Shown piece after piece: positions 1 to 9,113 of a stretch of DNA of 35,981 bases (its first letter is position 1; each line of letters begins with the position of its first letter). Made by a program: the position numbers and the translations under genes. Location of the stretch: positions 1 to 35,981 of IMG/VR virus record IMGVR_UViG_2563366990_000012; one strand, written 5' to 3'. The notes under the pieces were generated by a model. The model was not told where the DNA came from. It saw nothing but the letters and a program-made list of their open reading frames with translations, and made no database searches. Source of the stretch: a virus. Taxonomy: Duplodnaviria > Heunggongvirae > Uroviricota > Caudoviricetes.

Positions 1-1362
1 ATGTTTAAACCGGAACTCCTTTCCCCGGCGGGAACGCTGAAAAATATGCGTTACGCTTTCGCTTATGGCGCAGATGCTGTTTATGCGGGCCAGCCGCGTT
101 ACTCCCTGCGTGTGCGCAACAACGAATTCAACCACGAAAATCTTCAGCTCGGCATCAATGAAGCCCACGCGCTGGGGAAAAAGTTTTATGTCGTGGTCAA
201 CATTGCACCGCACAACGCCAAGCTGAAAACCTTTATCCGTGACCTGAAACCGGTGGTGGAAATGGGGCCGGATGCGCTGATTATGTCCGATCCAGGGCTG
301 ATTATGCTGGTGCGTGAGCACTTCCCTGAAATGCCGATCCATCTCTCGGTACAGGCTAACGCCGTGAACTGGGCGACGGTGAAATTCTGGCAGCAAATGG
401 GCCTGACCCGCGTGATCCTCTCTCGCGAGCTGTCGCTGGAAGAGATTGAAGAGATCCGCAATCAGGTGCCGGATATGGAGATCGAGATCTTCGTTCACGG
501 TGCGCTGTGCATGGCCTACTCCGGTCGCTGCCTGCTCTCTGGCTATATCAACAAGCGCGACCCGAACCAGGGTACCTGCACCAACGCCTGCCGCTGGGAG
601 TACAACGTCCAGGAAGGGAAAGAAGATGACGTTGGCAACATCGTACACAAGTACGAGCCAATTCCGGTGCAAAATGTTGAGCCGACGCTGGGTATCGGCG
701 CGCCAACCGACAAAGTGTTTATGATCGAAGAAGCCCAGCGTCCGGGCGAGTATATGACCACGTTTGAAGATGAGCACGGCACTTACATCATGAACTCGAA
801 AGATCTGCGCGCCATCGCCCATGTTGAACGCCTGACCAAAATGGGCGTGCATTCGCTGAAAATCGAAGGCCGTACCAAATCTTTCTACTATTGCGCACGC
901 ACCGCGCAGGTTTACCGTAAAGCTATCGATGACGCCGCTGCGGGCAAACCGTTCGATACCAGCCTGCTGGAAACGCTGGAAGGTCTGGCGCATCGTGGCT
1001 ATACCGAAGGTTTCCTGCGTCGTCATACCCACGACGATTATCAGAACTACGAATACGGTTATTCGGTTTCTGACCGCCAGCAGTTTGTTGGTGAGTTTAC
1101 CGGTGAGCGCAAGGGGGAGCTCGCGGCGGTAGCGGTGAAAAATAAATTCTCCGTTGGCGACAGCCTTGAGCTAATGACGCCGCAAGGCAACATTAACTTT
1201 ACCCTTGAGCATATGGAAAACGCCAAAGGTGAAGCAATGCCGGTCGCACCAGGCGATGGTTATACTGTGTGGCTCCCGGTGCCGCAGGATCTCGAACTGA
1301 ATTACGCGCTGCTGATGCGTAATTTCTCCGGTGAAACCACGCGTAACCCCCACGGTAAGTGA
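1..1362 (+). CDS. yegQ: U32-family peptidase-like protein YegQ (23S rRNA 5-hydroxycytidine synthase RlhA), 453 aa
   Basis: Full-length ORF starting MFKPELLSPAGTLKNMRYAFAYGADAV, recognised as E. coli YegQ; the known chromosomal neighbour of cyaR and the P2 locI site. Confidence 0.9.
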   Translation: MFKPELLSPAGTLKNMRYAFAYGADAVYAGQPRYSLRVRNNEFNHENLQLGINEAHALGKKFYVVVNIAPHNAKLKTFIRDLKPVVEMGPDALIMSDPGLIMLVREHFPEMPIHLSVQANAVNWATVKFWQQMGLTRVILSRELSLEEIEEIRNQVPDMEIEIFVHGALCMAYSGRCLLSGYINKRDPNQGTCTNACRWEYNVQEGKEDDVGNIVHKYEPIPVQNVEPTLGIGAPTDKVFMIEEAQRPGEYMTTFEDEHGTYIMNSKDLRAIAHVERLTKMGVHSLKIEGRTKSFYYCARTAQVYRKAIDDAAAGKPFDTSLLETLEGLAHRGYTEGFLRRHTHDDYQNYEYGYSVSDRQQFVGEFTGERKGELAAVAVKNKFSVGDSLELMTPQGNINFTLEHMENAKGEAMPVAPGDGYTVWLPVPQDLELNYALLMRNFSGETTRNPHGK

Positions 1363-1446
1363 TTAATTTCGATTATTTTTCCCGGATGAAAAATTCTTAG
1401 AAACCGATCACATACAGCTGCATTTATTAAGGTTATCATCCGTTTC

Positions 1447-1533
1447 GCTGAAAAACATAACCCATAAAATGCTAGCTGTACCAGGAACCACCTCCTTAGC
1501 CTGTGTAATCTCCCTTACACGGGCTTATTTTTT
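1447..1533 (+). ncRNA. cyaR: CyaR (RyeE) CRP-dependent Hfq-binding sRNA
   Basis: Sequence GCTGAAAAACATAACCCATAAAATGCTAGCTGTACCAGGAACCACCTCCTTAGCC followed by terminator hairpin and T-run matches my recollection of CyaR; lies in the yegQ-ogr intergenic region as in E. coli K-12. The 3' end overlaps the prophage att core. Confidence 0.8.
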
Positions 1534-1534
1534 A
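1507..1534. repeat. Prophage att core, left copy (ogr-proximal, attR-type junction); 28-bp direct repeat AATCTCCCTTACACGGGCTTATTTTTTA
   Basis: Exact 28-bp identity with 34153..34180; flanks read gtAATC.../...TTTAcgcg here versus taAATC.../...TTTAtaca at the right copy. Overlaps the cyaR terminator. Confidence 0.9.
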
Positions 1535-1597
1535 CGCGTAATACAATGAAATAAAAGGATTTATTTCTGGTCACGTCCACACATTGACCACATCGAC

Positions 1598-1621
1598 AAA
1601 AAAGCCCCTCGACTGAGGGGC
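1598..1621 (-). terminator. Rho-independent terminator downstream of ogr
   Basis: Minus-strand hairpin GCCCCTCAGTCGAGGGGC followed by TTTTTT (plus strand aaaaaagcccctcgactgaggggc). Confidence 0.7.
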
Positions 1622-1634
1622 TTCCTGTTTGTAA

Positions 1635-1853
1635 TTACATCCACATAATTTGCTGCCCTGACGGCAACGGGTGCGGTCTTACGGCGTGGACTTCTCCCGG
1701 CTTCACGATGTATCGCTGTACCGACTCATAAGTGATGAACGTGGCGCTGCAATTCACGTTCTGGCACTGGTGATAACGCTCTTTTGTCGTGTCAGTGATA
1801 TAGCGACTTGTACGCGCATGTGCGGCATGCTGGCATAAAGGACAATGAAACAT
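1635..1853 (-). CDS. ogr: Ogr late-gene transcriptional activator (zinc finger), 72 aa
   Basis: MFHCPLCQHAAHARTSRYITDTTKERYHQCQNVNCSATF with the Cys4 motif. The track ORF 1635..1916 was trimmed to the internal Met to match the 72-aa Ogr length. Confidence 0.9.
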   Translation of the reverse strand: MFHCPLCQHAAHARTSRYITDTTKERYHQCQNVNCSATFITYESVQRYIVKPGEVHAVRPHPLPSGQQIMWM

Positions 1854-1934
1854 CGCGAGCACCTCTTCCGGTTTTGTTGATGGTGCCATTTTAGTTAATT
1901 TATCCTTATAAAACAAACAGATAAAACAAAAACA

Positions 1935-3098
1935 TCACTCATCATCTTCTGTTTCGTACTCCACATCAGAAAGCCTGACCTCAAGCTCCAAGGACGTCGT
2001 GAAGCCGCTATTATTCAGAAAATGTGTCACCTTAGTGATTGTCCAGTCCTGCTCGTCTATGACGCGCTTAAAGCCTGACACTTTGACCGGCGTTTCCGTG
2101 TAAATATCTGCCCGACCAGTAGCCAGACTGATGGAGAACTCCGCAACGCCCCGTTGCAGCTTATCCCACTTCGCCTGAGCGGCGCGCATGGCCTGTGCTT
2201 TCGTGGCATATACCGTGGTCAGGGCAAAAACGTTGTCAGCCTCACCAGCCATGTATTCACCTTCGCGCGCTTCCGGTACTTTTGGCGCTTTCTTCTGCGT
2301 GACTGGTTTCGCTTTCGGGTGCTCCAGTGCGCGCAGGTGTTTCTCTTTCTTTTTGCGTTTCAGTTTTACCTTCTGCTTTTGTGGCTTCGGGTCTTTGGTG
2401 TGTAACCACTTTGCCGTTACGCCGGTATAGGCTCCACGGTCAGCAATCGCAAAATGATGGCGGTCGCCGTCGCTGCGGGTTATGGTGACCTGCGGGATTT
2501 TTTTACCGCTGGCCGTCACCCCCTGCCCCGCTTTGAGAAACAACAGTTTTCCCATTTTTACCGACACCTCACCGCCGTTGCGTTCTGCAAGACGGGTCAG
2601 GAATTTCGCATCAGACTCCTGCGACTGGTCGATGTGCGGGATTTTAATTCCGGCCAGTGACGGAGCGACACTGGCTTCCAGCCTGTTACGGGAGGCTATC
2701 GCCTCAACAATCGCACCGAGCGTGGTGTCATGCCAGGAGCCTTCACGGCGGGAATTGAGCGTCCCGCGAAAATCTGCACTCCGGGCGCGGATGGTGACCA
2801 CATCCGGTGCGCCCCGGTGTTCAACCTCATCAACGGTAAATTTCCCTTTGCATACCAGGGCAAAACCTTTCCAGCCGATATACACCGTCAGGACAGCGCC
2901 ACGAACCGGCAGCCCGACCTGCCCGTCGGCATCGTTCAGTTCAATATCAAGCTGGTCAGCCTCAAAGCCCCGGTTATCCGTCAGGGTCATGCTCATCAGT
3001 CGGTCGCTGATATTGCCGGAAATATCCCTGCTGTCGAGCATCAGCATGTAATCCGGCGTCAGCGTACTGCCTGCATCAAATGTCAGTGCATCCAGCAT
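1935..3098 (-). CDS. D: Tail protein gpD (late control D), 387 aa
   Basis: Length and position match P2 D, immediately upstream of ogr; N-terminus MLDALTFDAGSTLTPDYMLMLDSRD. Confidence 0.9.
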   Translation of the reverse strand: MLDALTFDAGSTLTPDYMLMLDSRDISGNISDRLMSMTLTDNRGFEADQLDIELNDADGQVGLPVRGAVLTVYIGWKGFALVCKGKFTVDEVEHRGAPDVVTIRARSADFRGTLNSRREGSWHDTTLGAIVEAIASRNRLEASVAPSLAGIKIPHIDQSQESDAKFLTRLAERNGGEVSVKMGKLLFLKAGQGVTASGKKIPQVTITRSDGDRHHFAIADRGAYTGVTAKWLHTKDPKPQKQKVKLKRKKKEKHLRALEHPKAKPVTQKKAPKVPEAREGEYMAGEADNVFALTTVYATKAQAMRAAQAKWDKLQRGVAEFSISLATGRADIYTETPVKVSGFKRVIDEQDWTITKVTHFLNNSGFTTSLELEVRLSDVEYETEDDE

Positions 3099-3577
3099 TA
3101 TCCCGCCCCCGTCATACCCGTGAATCTGGTCGCCATACTGCCAGCCTTACCGATGAGCGATTCCGCCTGTTTACCGATATCGCCATAAAGCGCGGCCAGT
3201 GATTCATCAACGCGGGTGAGCGACAGCGTAAAATCAATTTTTCGGGGTGTGCCGTCTGCAAAGAAAATACTTCCTGTTTCACTCACCCTGCTGATGACAT
3301 ACATGCCGTAAATCATGCCGGTGCCATCCAGCAACGGCCACGCCCGGCCTTCCTCTGCCATCAGCCTGAGCGTGGTCATCGTCAGCTTGCCGCCGGTCAG
3401 TTCTGGATAAAGCACACCGGCAAGCGTGATGTTTTCCTCACCCACACCGAGAAACTGGTAGGCGTCCCGTTTACCGATACGGGAATTTGACGGCCAGCGA
3501 TAATCTGATTCACGCTGCATGGTCTGGTGTGGCAGCGTCTGGCGCATAAAAACAAACATACCTAACGCGAGCATCAT
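3098..3577 (-). CDS. U: Tail protein gpU, 159 aa
   Basis: Position between T and D, length matches P2 U; stop overlaps D start. Confidence 0.88.
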   Translation of the reverse strand: MMLALGMFVFMRQTLPHQTMQRESDYRWPSNSRIGKRDAYQFLGVGEENITLAGVLYPELTGGKLTMTTLRLMAEEGRAWPLLDGTGMIYGMYVISRVSETGSIFFADGTPRKIDFTLSLTRVDESLAALYGDIGKQAESLIGKAGSMATRFTGMTGAG

Positions 3578-3591
3578 TTTTCGTCACCTCC

Positions 3592-6039
3592 TTAACCGTC
3601 ATGCATCATGCTGGCACGGGCGCGCGCACGTTTATCCCGCTCGTATTTTTCGAGCGCATCCTGTAACTGGCGGTCAAGCTGTGTCCCCGGCGCAGTACCA
3701 CCCGTCAGGCTGATGTGATATTCGTTTTTACTCTGGTCCACATAAGAGCGGCCAGCCGGTGCCGTGACCGGCTGATAAGCCTGATAGCCTGCATAAGAGC
3801 TGGTCGCCGGAATATAACCACCGGTGCCATACGTGGCGGCATGAGTTCTGGCGGCGGTCTGGTCAAGTGTGTCTGACTCTTTGTTGATAACACCGAGTTT
3901 TTCCAGTACCCAGTCAATACCGCTGCGCAGTTTGTTGAACGCATTAAGCGGCAGCATCAGCGCGTCAGCCAGTGCCTGCCCGAACATGACGCCCGTGTCA
4001 CGGCAACGGTTCAGGGTGTCCTGTGTGGCTTTAACCGGAGCAATCAGGTTTGTAAACCACTGCCACGCGGCCTGTAACTTTTCGCCCAGCCAGTCAAACA
4101 CCGGCTTAAGTGGCGTGAACAGCTCCCCCACCGGCGCAAATGCCGCTTTCAGCCCTTCAACCACACCGCCAAAGAATGCGCTGACAGGCTCCCAGTATTT
4201 ACGGATAAGCAACGCCCCGGCGACAATGGCAGCCACCACGGCCACAACCGGCCAGCTAATCGCACCGATGGCCGTCATAACGGCACTACCAACCGTCGTG
4301 AAGATTGCCCCCATTGCGCCTGCTGCCGCGATAATGGCATTGATGCCGGTGATAACCGGCCAGGCTACAAGGCCAATGGCACCGATGATGCCAGTCAGCA
4401 CCAGTGCACCGCCGGCAATGATGCCGATGGTTGACGCCAGTGATTTGTTTTTCTGTATCCAGCCGTCGAGTTTTAACACATACTTTGTGGCCGTCTGCGT
4501 GAGCTTACGCAGTGCGCCTTCCTGCTGGTCAAACAGGTCAGTCCCCACCGCCTCATAAGCGGACTGAAACTCCTTAAAGTCACCGCCGAGATTGTCCTGC
4601 ATAATATTTACCAGCTCTGAGGTCTTCCCGTCCGAGGCTTTAAACGCAGCGGTCAGTTTGTCCAGCTTTCCGGTTGAGGCGACAGTCATCAGCACGGCGG
4701 CGGCTGAGCTGGCCTCCTCCCCGAAAATGGTTTTCATGTATTCAGCCTGCTGGGCAGTACCGAGCCGGTTTTTCTCAAAACTGGCCTGCATTTCTTTCAG
4801 AATGGTAAATACTGGTCGGGTGTTTCCCTTGCTGTCTGAGGTTTTCACTCCAAGCTCTTTGAGTGCATCCCATGCTTTTCCCGTCGGTGCCTGCAGGCGG
4901 CTTAACACGGCACGGCTTCCCGTCCCCGCCATTGAGCCTGTGATTTTTGCATCATGCAGCGCCCCGACCATTGCGGCGGTTTCTTCAATGCTGACACCGG
5001 CATTTTTTGCCACAGGTGCGGCATAGGTCAGCGCATCGCTCATGCCGTCAAAATCGGCGGCGGTTTTGTTCATCGTCATGGAGAGAACATCCCCGATATG
5101 AGCGACCTTATCGTTTGAAAGCTGAAAGGCGGATTTCATCCCCATCAGCAGGGCGGCGTTTTCTTCCATCGTGCGGCGGTTCGCCAGCGCCATATTCAGC
5201 GTGACCGGCGTTGCCGCCTGAATGGCATCAACATCCCCACCCGCTTTCGCGATGATTATCTGTGCACCGGCCGCATCATCCGCCGAGGCGGCGGTATTGT
5301 CGCCGAGCTGGCGCGCCTGTTTGCGTAGTGCGGTCATTTCGGCGGAGTCTTTTGCCACACCCAGCACGGCCTGCAATTCTGAGTTTTTCTGCGCAAACTC
5401 ATAACCGGACATCAGCAACTTAACTCCGGCCATCGTTTCCGCCGCCGCAATCCCCACACCGGCAGCGCCCACTGAGGCCATATTTCCGGCCAGTTCCTTT
5501 CCGGCCTGATAACGCTGTTTTACTGCATTAAGTTTTGCCTGTTGCGCACTGACACGCGCCAGCGCGTCACGCTGCCGGTTAAGCTGTGCGGTGGTTTCAC
5601 TGATACGGTTTTTCAGTCCCTGCTCATCATGTGCAAGATTGCGGGTATTAATTCCCACAGCGGCCAGTTCCCGCTGCTGGCGCTTAACGGAATCCGTCAG
5701 GCGGTTATATTTCGCCTGTAAGTCCTCCGCCGCACGCTTTGCGGATTCCAGCACTTTCGCCTGAGCACGGGTCGGACGTTCAGTGTTTTTAAACTGTGTG
5801 GCAAGTGCTTCGGCTTCCTGCCGTGCCTTTTCAAGTGCATGACCAGTCACGGCAAGCTGTGCGCTGGTCTTGCGAAATCCCTCAATACGGGATGCGTGAC
5901 CGTTCAGCTCGCGCAGTGATTTTTGTGTTTCCCGGATATCCCCCGACAGCGACTTACTCGCTGTACGGATGGATTTAAACGGGCGGGATGCCTGGTCAAC
6001 AGCCCTGAGCAATACCTGTAATTTTACATTGTTACTCAT
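3592..6039 (-). CDS. T: Tail tape measure protein gpT, 815 aa
   Basis: Long coiled-coil/Ala-Gly-rich protein with hydrophobic glycine-zipper central region; position after E/E'. Confidence 0.92.
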   Translation of the reverse strand: MSNNVKLQVLLRAVDQASRPFKSIRTASKSLSGDIRETQKSLRELNGHASRIEGFRKTSAQLAVTGHALEKARQEAEALATQFKNTERPTRAQAKVLESAKRAAEDLQAKYNRLTDSVKRQQRELAAVGINTRNLAHDEQGLKNRISETTAQLNRQRDALARVSAQQAKLNAVKQRYQAGKELAGNMASVGAAGVGIAAAETMAGVKLLMSGYEFAQKNSELQAVLGVAKDSAEMTALRKQARQLGDNTAASADDAAGAQIIIAKAGGDVDAIQAATPVTLNMALANRRTMEENAALLMGMKSAFQLSNDKVAHIGDVLSMTMNKTAADFDGMSDALTYAAPVAKNAGVSIEETAAMVGALHDAKITGSMAGTGSRAVLSRLQAPTGKAWDALKELGVKTSDSKGNTRPVFTILKEMQASFEKNRLGTAQQAEYMKTIFGEEASSAAAVLMTVASTGKLDKLTAAFKASDGKTSELVNIMQDNLGGDFKEFQSAYEAVGTDLFDQQEGALRKLTQTATKYVLKLDGWIQKNKSLASTIGIIAGGALVLTGIIGAIGLVAWPVITGINAIIAAAGAMGAIFTTVGSAVMTAIGAISWPVVAVVAAIVAGALLIRKYWEPVSAFFGGVVEGLKAAFAPVGELFTPLKPVFDWLGEKLQAAWQWFTNLIAPVKATQDTLNRCRDTGVMFGQALADALMLPLNAFNKLRSGIDWVLEKLGVINKESDTLDQTAARTHAATYGTGGYIPATSSYAGYQAYQPVTAPAGRSYVDQSKNEYHISLTGGTAPGTQLDRQLQDALEKYERDKRARARASMMHDG

Positions 6040-6459
6040 TCGTGCTTCCGCTTCGCCGGAGCGCCTTTTCGCGCCATGTGATGAGTTCGGTCAGGCTCAT
6101 GGGATACAGTTCTGATGGCGGCCAGTGAAATATCACTGCCACATCTGCCATCAGGTCATCGACCGACAGATTTTTCGGAAACGTCACTGCACCGAGTTCG
6201 GAGACAAAAAACCGACCACCTTACCGGCCAGCGCCACAAGGTCAGGCAGTTCCAGCGCGGCGACCTCCTGCTCGGTCAGCATCGGTGCCGTCATGCGCGG
6301 CAGCACCTTAATCAGTGCATCGACTTCGGAGTTTGCGACCGCAGCCAGACTGACACCGCGCAGCGTCCCGGCATTAGGTTTCATCAGCGTGACCTGTTCG
6401 ATAACCTGCTCACCACGCTTGACCGGATTGTCCAGGGTAATCACATTTTCTTTGTTCAT
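6032..6459 (-). CDS. E': gpE+E' tail assembly chaperone, -1 programmed frameshift product
   Basis: I translated the -1 frame by hand from the slippery site at 6205..6213 (minus-strand GGTTTTTTG): it stays open (VSELGAVTFPKNLSVDDLMADVAVIFHWPPSELYPMSLTELITWREKALRRSGSTNE) to a TAA at 6032..6034, overlapping the T start codon. Confidence 0.75.
6184..6459 (-). CDS. E: Tail assembly chaperone gpE, 91 aa (zero-frame product)
   Basis: MNKENVITLDNPVKRGEQV... ends 19 nt after a GGTTTTTTG slippery heptamer; position between FII and T. Confidence 0.88.
   Translation of the reverse strand: MNKENVITLDNPVKRGEQVIEQVTLMKPNAGTLRGVSLAAVANSEVDALIKVLPRMTAPMLTEQEVAALELPDLVALAGKVVGFLSPNSVQ
6205..6213 (-). promoter_or_regulatory. 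Programmed -1 ribosomal frameshift slippery site (G GUU UUU UG) for E/E'
   Basis: Plus strand caaaaaacc = minus GGTTTTTTG, located at codons Gly-Phe-Leu near the end of E. Confidence 0.75.
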
Positions 6460-6515
6460 GGTTTTCTCACTTCTGAATCGGGGTTAACCGGTCAGCCAGG
6501 CTGACCGGATGAAAA

Positions 6516-7034
6516 TCACAGGCCGATATTGCGGCGGTGTTGCTCCAGCCGGTCGACGCCGTTCACCTTCTCAATCATGTTGATGGTGTCGATTTCGACC
6601 AGCTCCTTACCGTCCATCGTCAACTTGAAATAAGTACAAATCACCGGGAGTTTCGATTCGGTATCCTCTCCCTGTTTACCCTCTCCGGTATCGACTTCTT
6701 TCTGACGCCCACGCATGACCACTTCGACGGCCACCGTTTCGCCGGTATCGTCGCGCTGGTAAGAACCAGCAAAACGAATCGGTACGGCATCAGCACTGGT
6801 TGCAGCGTAAAGCTCCCAGATAACCGAATCCGGGAATCCACCGAGCGACCACTCCATTGACAGAGCATCATCATCAAGGCCGAGGTCTACCGGTGCGCTG
6901 CCGTTCATCCCCGCACCGCGATAGTTTTCGAGCTTACGGGTCAGTTTTGGCAGCGTGACGGACTTTGCAACGCCCTGATAGCTGTAGCCGTTCAGAAAGA
7001 CGTTCATTAACTTGAGTTTGCGCGGCATTGCCAT
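6516..7034 (-). CDS. FII: Major tail tube protein gpFII, 172 aa
   Basis: Position and length match P2 FII, directly downstream of FI. Confidence 0.9.
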   Translation of the reverse strand: MAMPRKLKLMNVFLNGYSYQGVAKSVTLPKLTRKLENYRGAGMNGSAPVDLGLDDDALSMEWSLGGFPDSVIWELYAATSADAVPIRFAGSYQRDDTGETVAVEVVMRGRQKEVDTGEGKQGEDTESKLPVICTYFKLTMDGKELVEIDTINMIEKVNGVDRLEQHRRNIGL

Positions 7035-7046
7035 CGGTCAGGCTCC

Positions 7047-8237
7047 TTAATTGCTGTTAACCGAAGTGACCAGACTTGCCAGGTATCTGGAAGTAATACG
7101 CTGGCGCAGGGTCAGGTTTTCGAGAGGAGGCACCGGGGTATAGTCGTAGTCGATATACAGTTTTCCGGCCTTGAGGGTTTCCGCATCGTTGGATTCTTCG
7201 CTGAACCAGCATGTGCCATCCACGATATAACCGTTGTTTTTCAGTTCACGGAATTTGGCATTGATGCCGTCAATGATGTCGCGAATCAGCGTTGCGGTGA
7301 TGGGCTTATCAATAGCCCACATGTGCGCCTCAGCCATCGTGTCGGCCAGTACCTGCGCGGTGCGTGTGTAGCTTTCAAAGAGGAACAGCGGGTCATCAGA
7401 GCAGGTACGGTTACCCCAGAAACGGAAACCGTCGCGGCGAACCAGCGTTGTGACGCCTGCCTCGTTCAGCAGGTCAGCATCAGTGCCTGGCTTCTGCAAA
7501 TCCCAGAAGACGGATGCACTGATGCCGGTAACACCGTTCACCCCGACGTTGGACAGCGTTTTATGCCAGCCCTGCTCCTGGTCGATTTTAGCGCGCAGAC
7601 CCAGCGCACGAGCGGTGGCATACGCGGTGGCGGTGGTACTGGTAACCGTATCCCATGCGAGGAAATCCGGCCAGATAACCATCAGCTCACGCTGGCTGAA
7701 ATTCTGGCGGTAGGCTTTCACCTCGGAAATGGTTTTACAACCCCATGCGCTGATATACCCGAAGGCATTCAGTTCCTGGCATACCGATGCCAGTGCGACG
7801 GCGACCTCTTTGGTGTCCAGTCCCGGTACGCCGAGAATGCGCGGTTTAACGCCGGTAACCGACTCAGCCCCCATCAGGGCTTTCAGTCCGGTGTACTGAC
7901 CGTTTTCGTCGGTGGTGCCGATAATATTGGAAACAGTCTGCGCGAGTTTCGTTTCCTCGTCGTCGCCGGTGCCGTCTTCCACGCGCACAACAACGGTGAC
8001 CGGTTTTGACTGGTCAGCGATGGCCTGTAACGACGCCGCCAGCGTGCCTTTTTTACCGGCCTTTGCAATTGCGCTCTGCACATTGGTAATCAGCACAGGT
8101 TTATTGAGGGGGAATGTTTCCGCATCCGCATCGCTGGCCGTGCAGACCATGCCGACAATGGCAGTGGATACGGTGGAAATGACGCGGGTGCCGTCGTTAA
8201 TCTCCAGCACCTGCACGCCGTGATGATAGTCACTCAT
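7047..8237 (-). CDS. FI: Contractile tail sheath protein gpFI, 396 aa
   Basis: MSDYHHGVQVLEINDGTRVISTV...; the track ORF 7047..8351 was trimmed to the Met that gives the P2 FI length. Confidence 0.9.
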   Translation of the reverse strand: MSDYHHGVQVLEINDGTRVISTVSTAIVGMVCTASDADAETFPLNKPVLITNVQSAIAKAGKKGTLAASLQAIADQSKPVTVVVRVEDGTGDDEETKLAQTVSNIIGTTDENGQYTGLKALMGAESVTGVKPRILGVPGLDTKEVAVALASVCQELNAFGYISAWGCKTISEVKAYRQNFSQRELMVIWPDFLAWDTVTSTTATAYATARALGLRAKIDQEQGWHKTLSNVGVNGVTGISASVFWDLQKPGTDADLLNEAGVTTLVRRDGFRFWGNRTCSDDPLFLFESYTRTAQVLADTMAEAHMWAIDKPITATLIRDIIDGINAKFRELKNNGYIVDGTCWFSEESNDAETLKAGKLYIDYDYTPVPPLENLTLRQRITSRYLASLVTSVNSN

Positions 8238-8330
8238 CCGTCTAACTCCGTGGTTAATGGGTGAGTGGTATTTTCTGTTGTGCAGAGCATGAGACGCTAT
8301 TTGACCTGGCTGGTCAGTGGATGAAACAAC

Positions 8331-8357
8331 AGATAAAGAAAAGGCGGACAATCCGCC
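8331..8357 (-). terminator. Putative rho-independent terminator between the Z/fun-position cargo and the FI late promoter
   Basis: Minus-strand hairpin GGCGGATTGTCCGCC followed by a T-rich tract (TTTTCTTTATC). Confidence 0.45.
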
Positions 8358-8649
8358 CGCCTGTCATGATTTGTACTCACTTATTTCCCGACTGACAATT
8401 TACATAGCCAAAACGCTATCAAATCTGACAGTCTGCTTTGAGCGAGAAGCGGAAGTTCAATGTGATAAAGCTCAGGAACATTGTCGTTGATGATGATAAA
8501 GAGGATCAGACTAACTTAGCACTTCTCATCACGTTGATAAGGCATAGAAACTGCAAACACTATTGTGAATATAATTTCACTATAGTAAATTAAAGTAAGC
8601 TCTTTTCGTTCGTTATTACATAAAATAAAGTTCTCTCTAAGGTTGAAAA

Positions 8650-9093
8650 ATGTTAGATATCAGAATGTCACGACCATCTGAAGCATCAGAGATCATACAA
8701 ATCTGGAAGAGTTCAGTGGATGCTACCCACGACTTTCTTACAGGTCATGACCGACAAGAAATCGAAAAAGAAGTTATCGGCTTTTTCTCAGAAACTCCTG
8801 TATGGGTTGCAACAAATCAGGATGACCAACCGCTAGGATTTATGTTTTTGCATGAGGGGCATCTGGAGGCACTTTTTGTAGCAGGCTCTGCTCGCGGACT
8901 TGGCGTCGGAAAACGTTTGATATCTCATGCACTGGCGCTGCATCCAGAGCTAAGCGTTGATGTAAATGAACAAAACCAGCAGGCTGTAGGGTTTTATCAG
9001 CATATGGGTTTTCAGGTATCAGGGCGTTCCGATCTGGATAATCAGGGAAGGCCATACCCCTTGTTGCATCTGAGAATGGCCAATAACATGTAA
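8650..9093 (+). CDS. GNAT-family N-acetyltransferase, 147 aa (cargo at the Z/fun position)
   Basis: Acetyl-CoA binding motif region ...EALFVAGSARGLGVGKRLISHAL... and QQAVGFYQHMGF typical of GNAT folds; about 40% GC versus about 55% for the backbone. Confidence 0.75.
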   Translation: MLDIRMSRPSEASEIIQIWKSSVDATHDFLTGHDRQEIEKEVIGFFSETPVWVATNQDDQPLGFMFLHEGHLEALFVAGSARGLGVGKRLISHALALHPELSVDVNEQNQQAVGFYQHMGFQVSGRSDLDNQGRPYPLLHLRMANNM

Positions 9094-9113
9094 CCAATGT
9101 GGCAGAGAAGATA

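Noticed and set aside
3869-4558. 229-aa plus-strand ORF, and several other ORFs of 60-230 aa antisense to or out of frame with T (for example 4592..5026, 5007..5204)
   Set aside because: Lies entirely within the tape-measure gene on the opposite strand; Ala/Ser/Thr/Pro-rich low-complexity translation typical of shadow ORFs in GC-rich coding DNA.
7323-8009. 228-aa plus-strand ORF inside FI, and similar antisense ORFs inside H (10805..11686), I/J (12308..13018), N (20586..21176), P (22278..22988, 23502..23951) and A (28664..29002)
   Set aside because: Each is fully contained in a well-supported P2 structural or replication gene; no ribosome-binding sites and compositionally biased translations.
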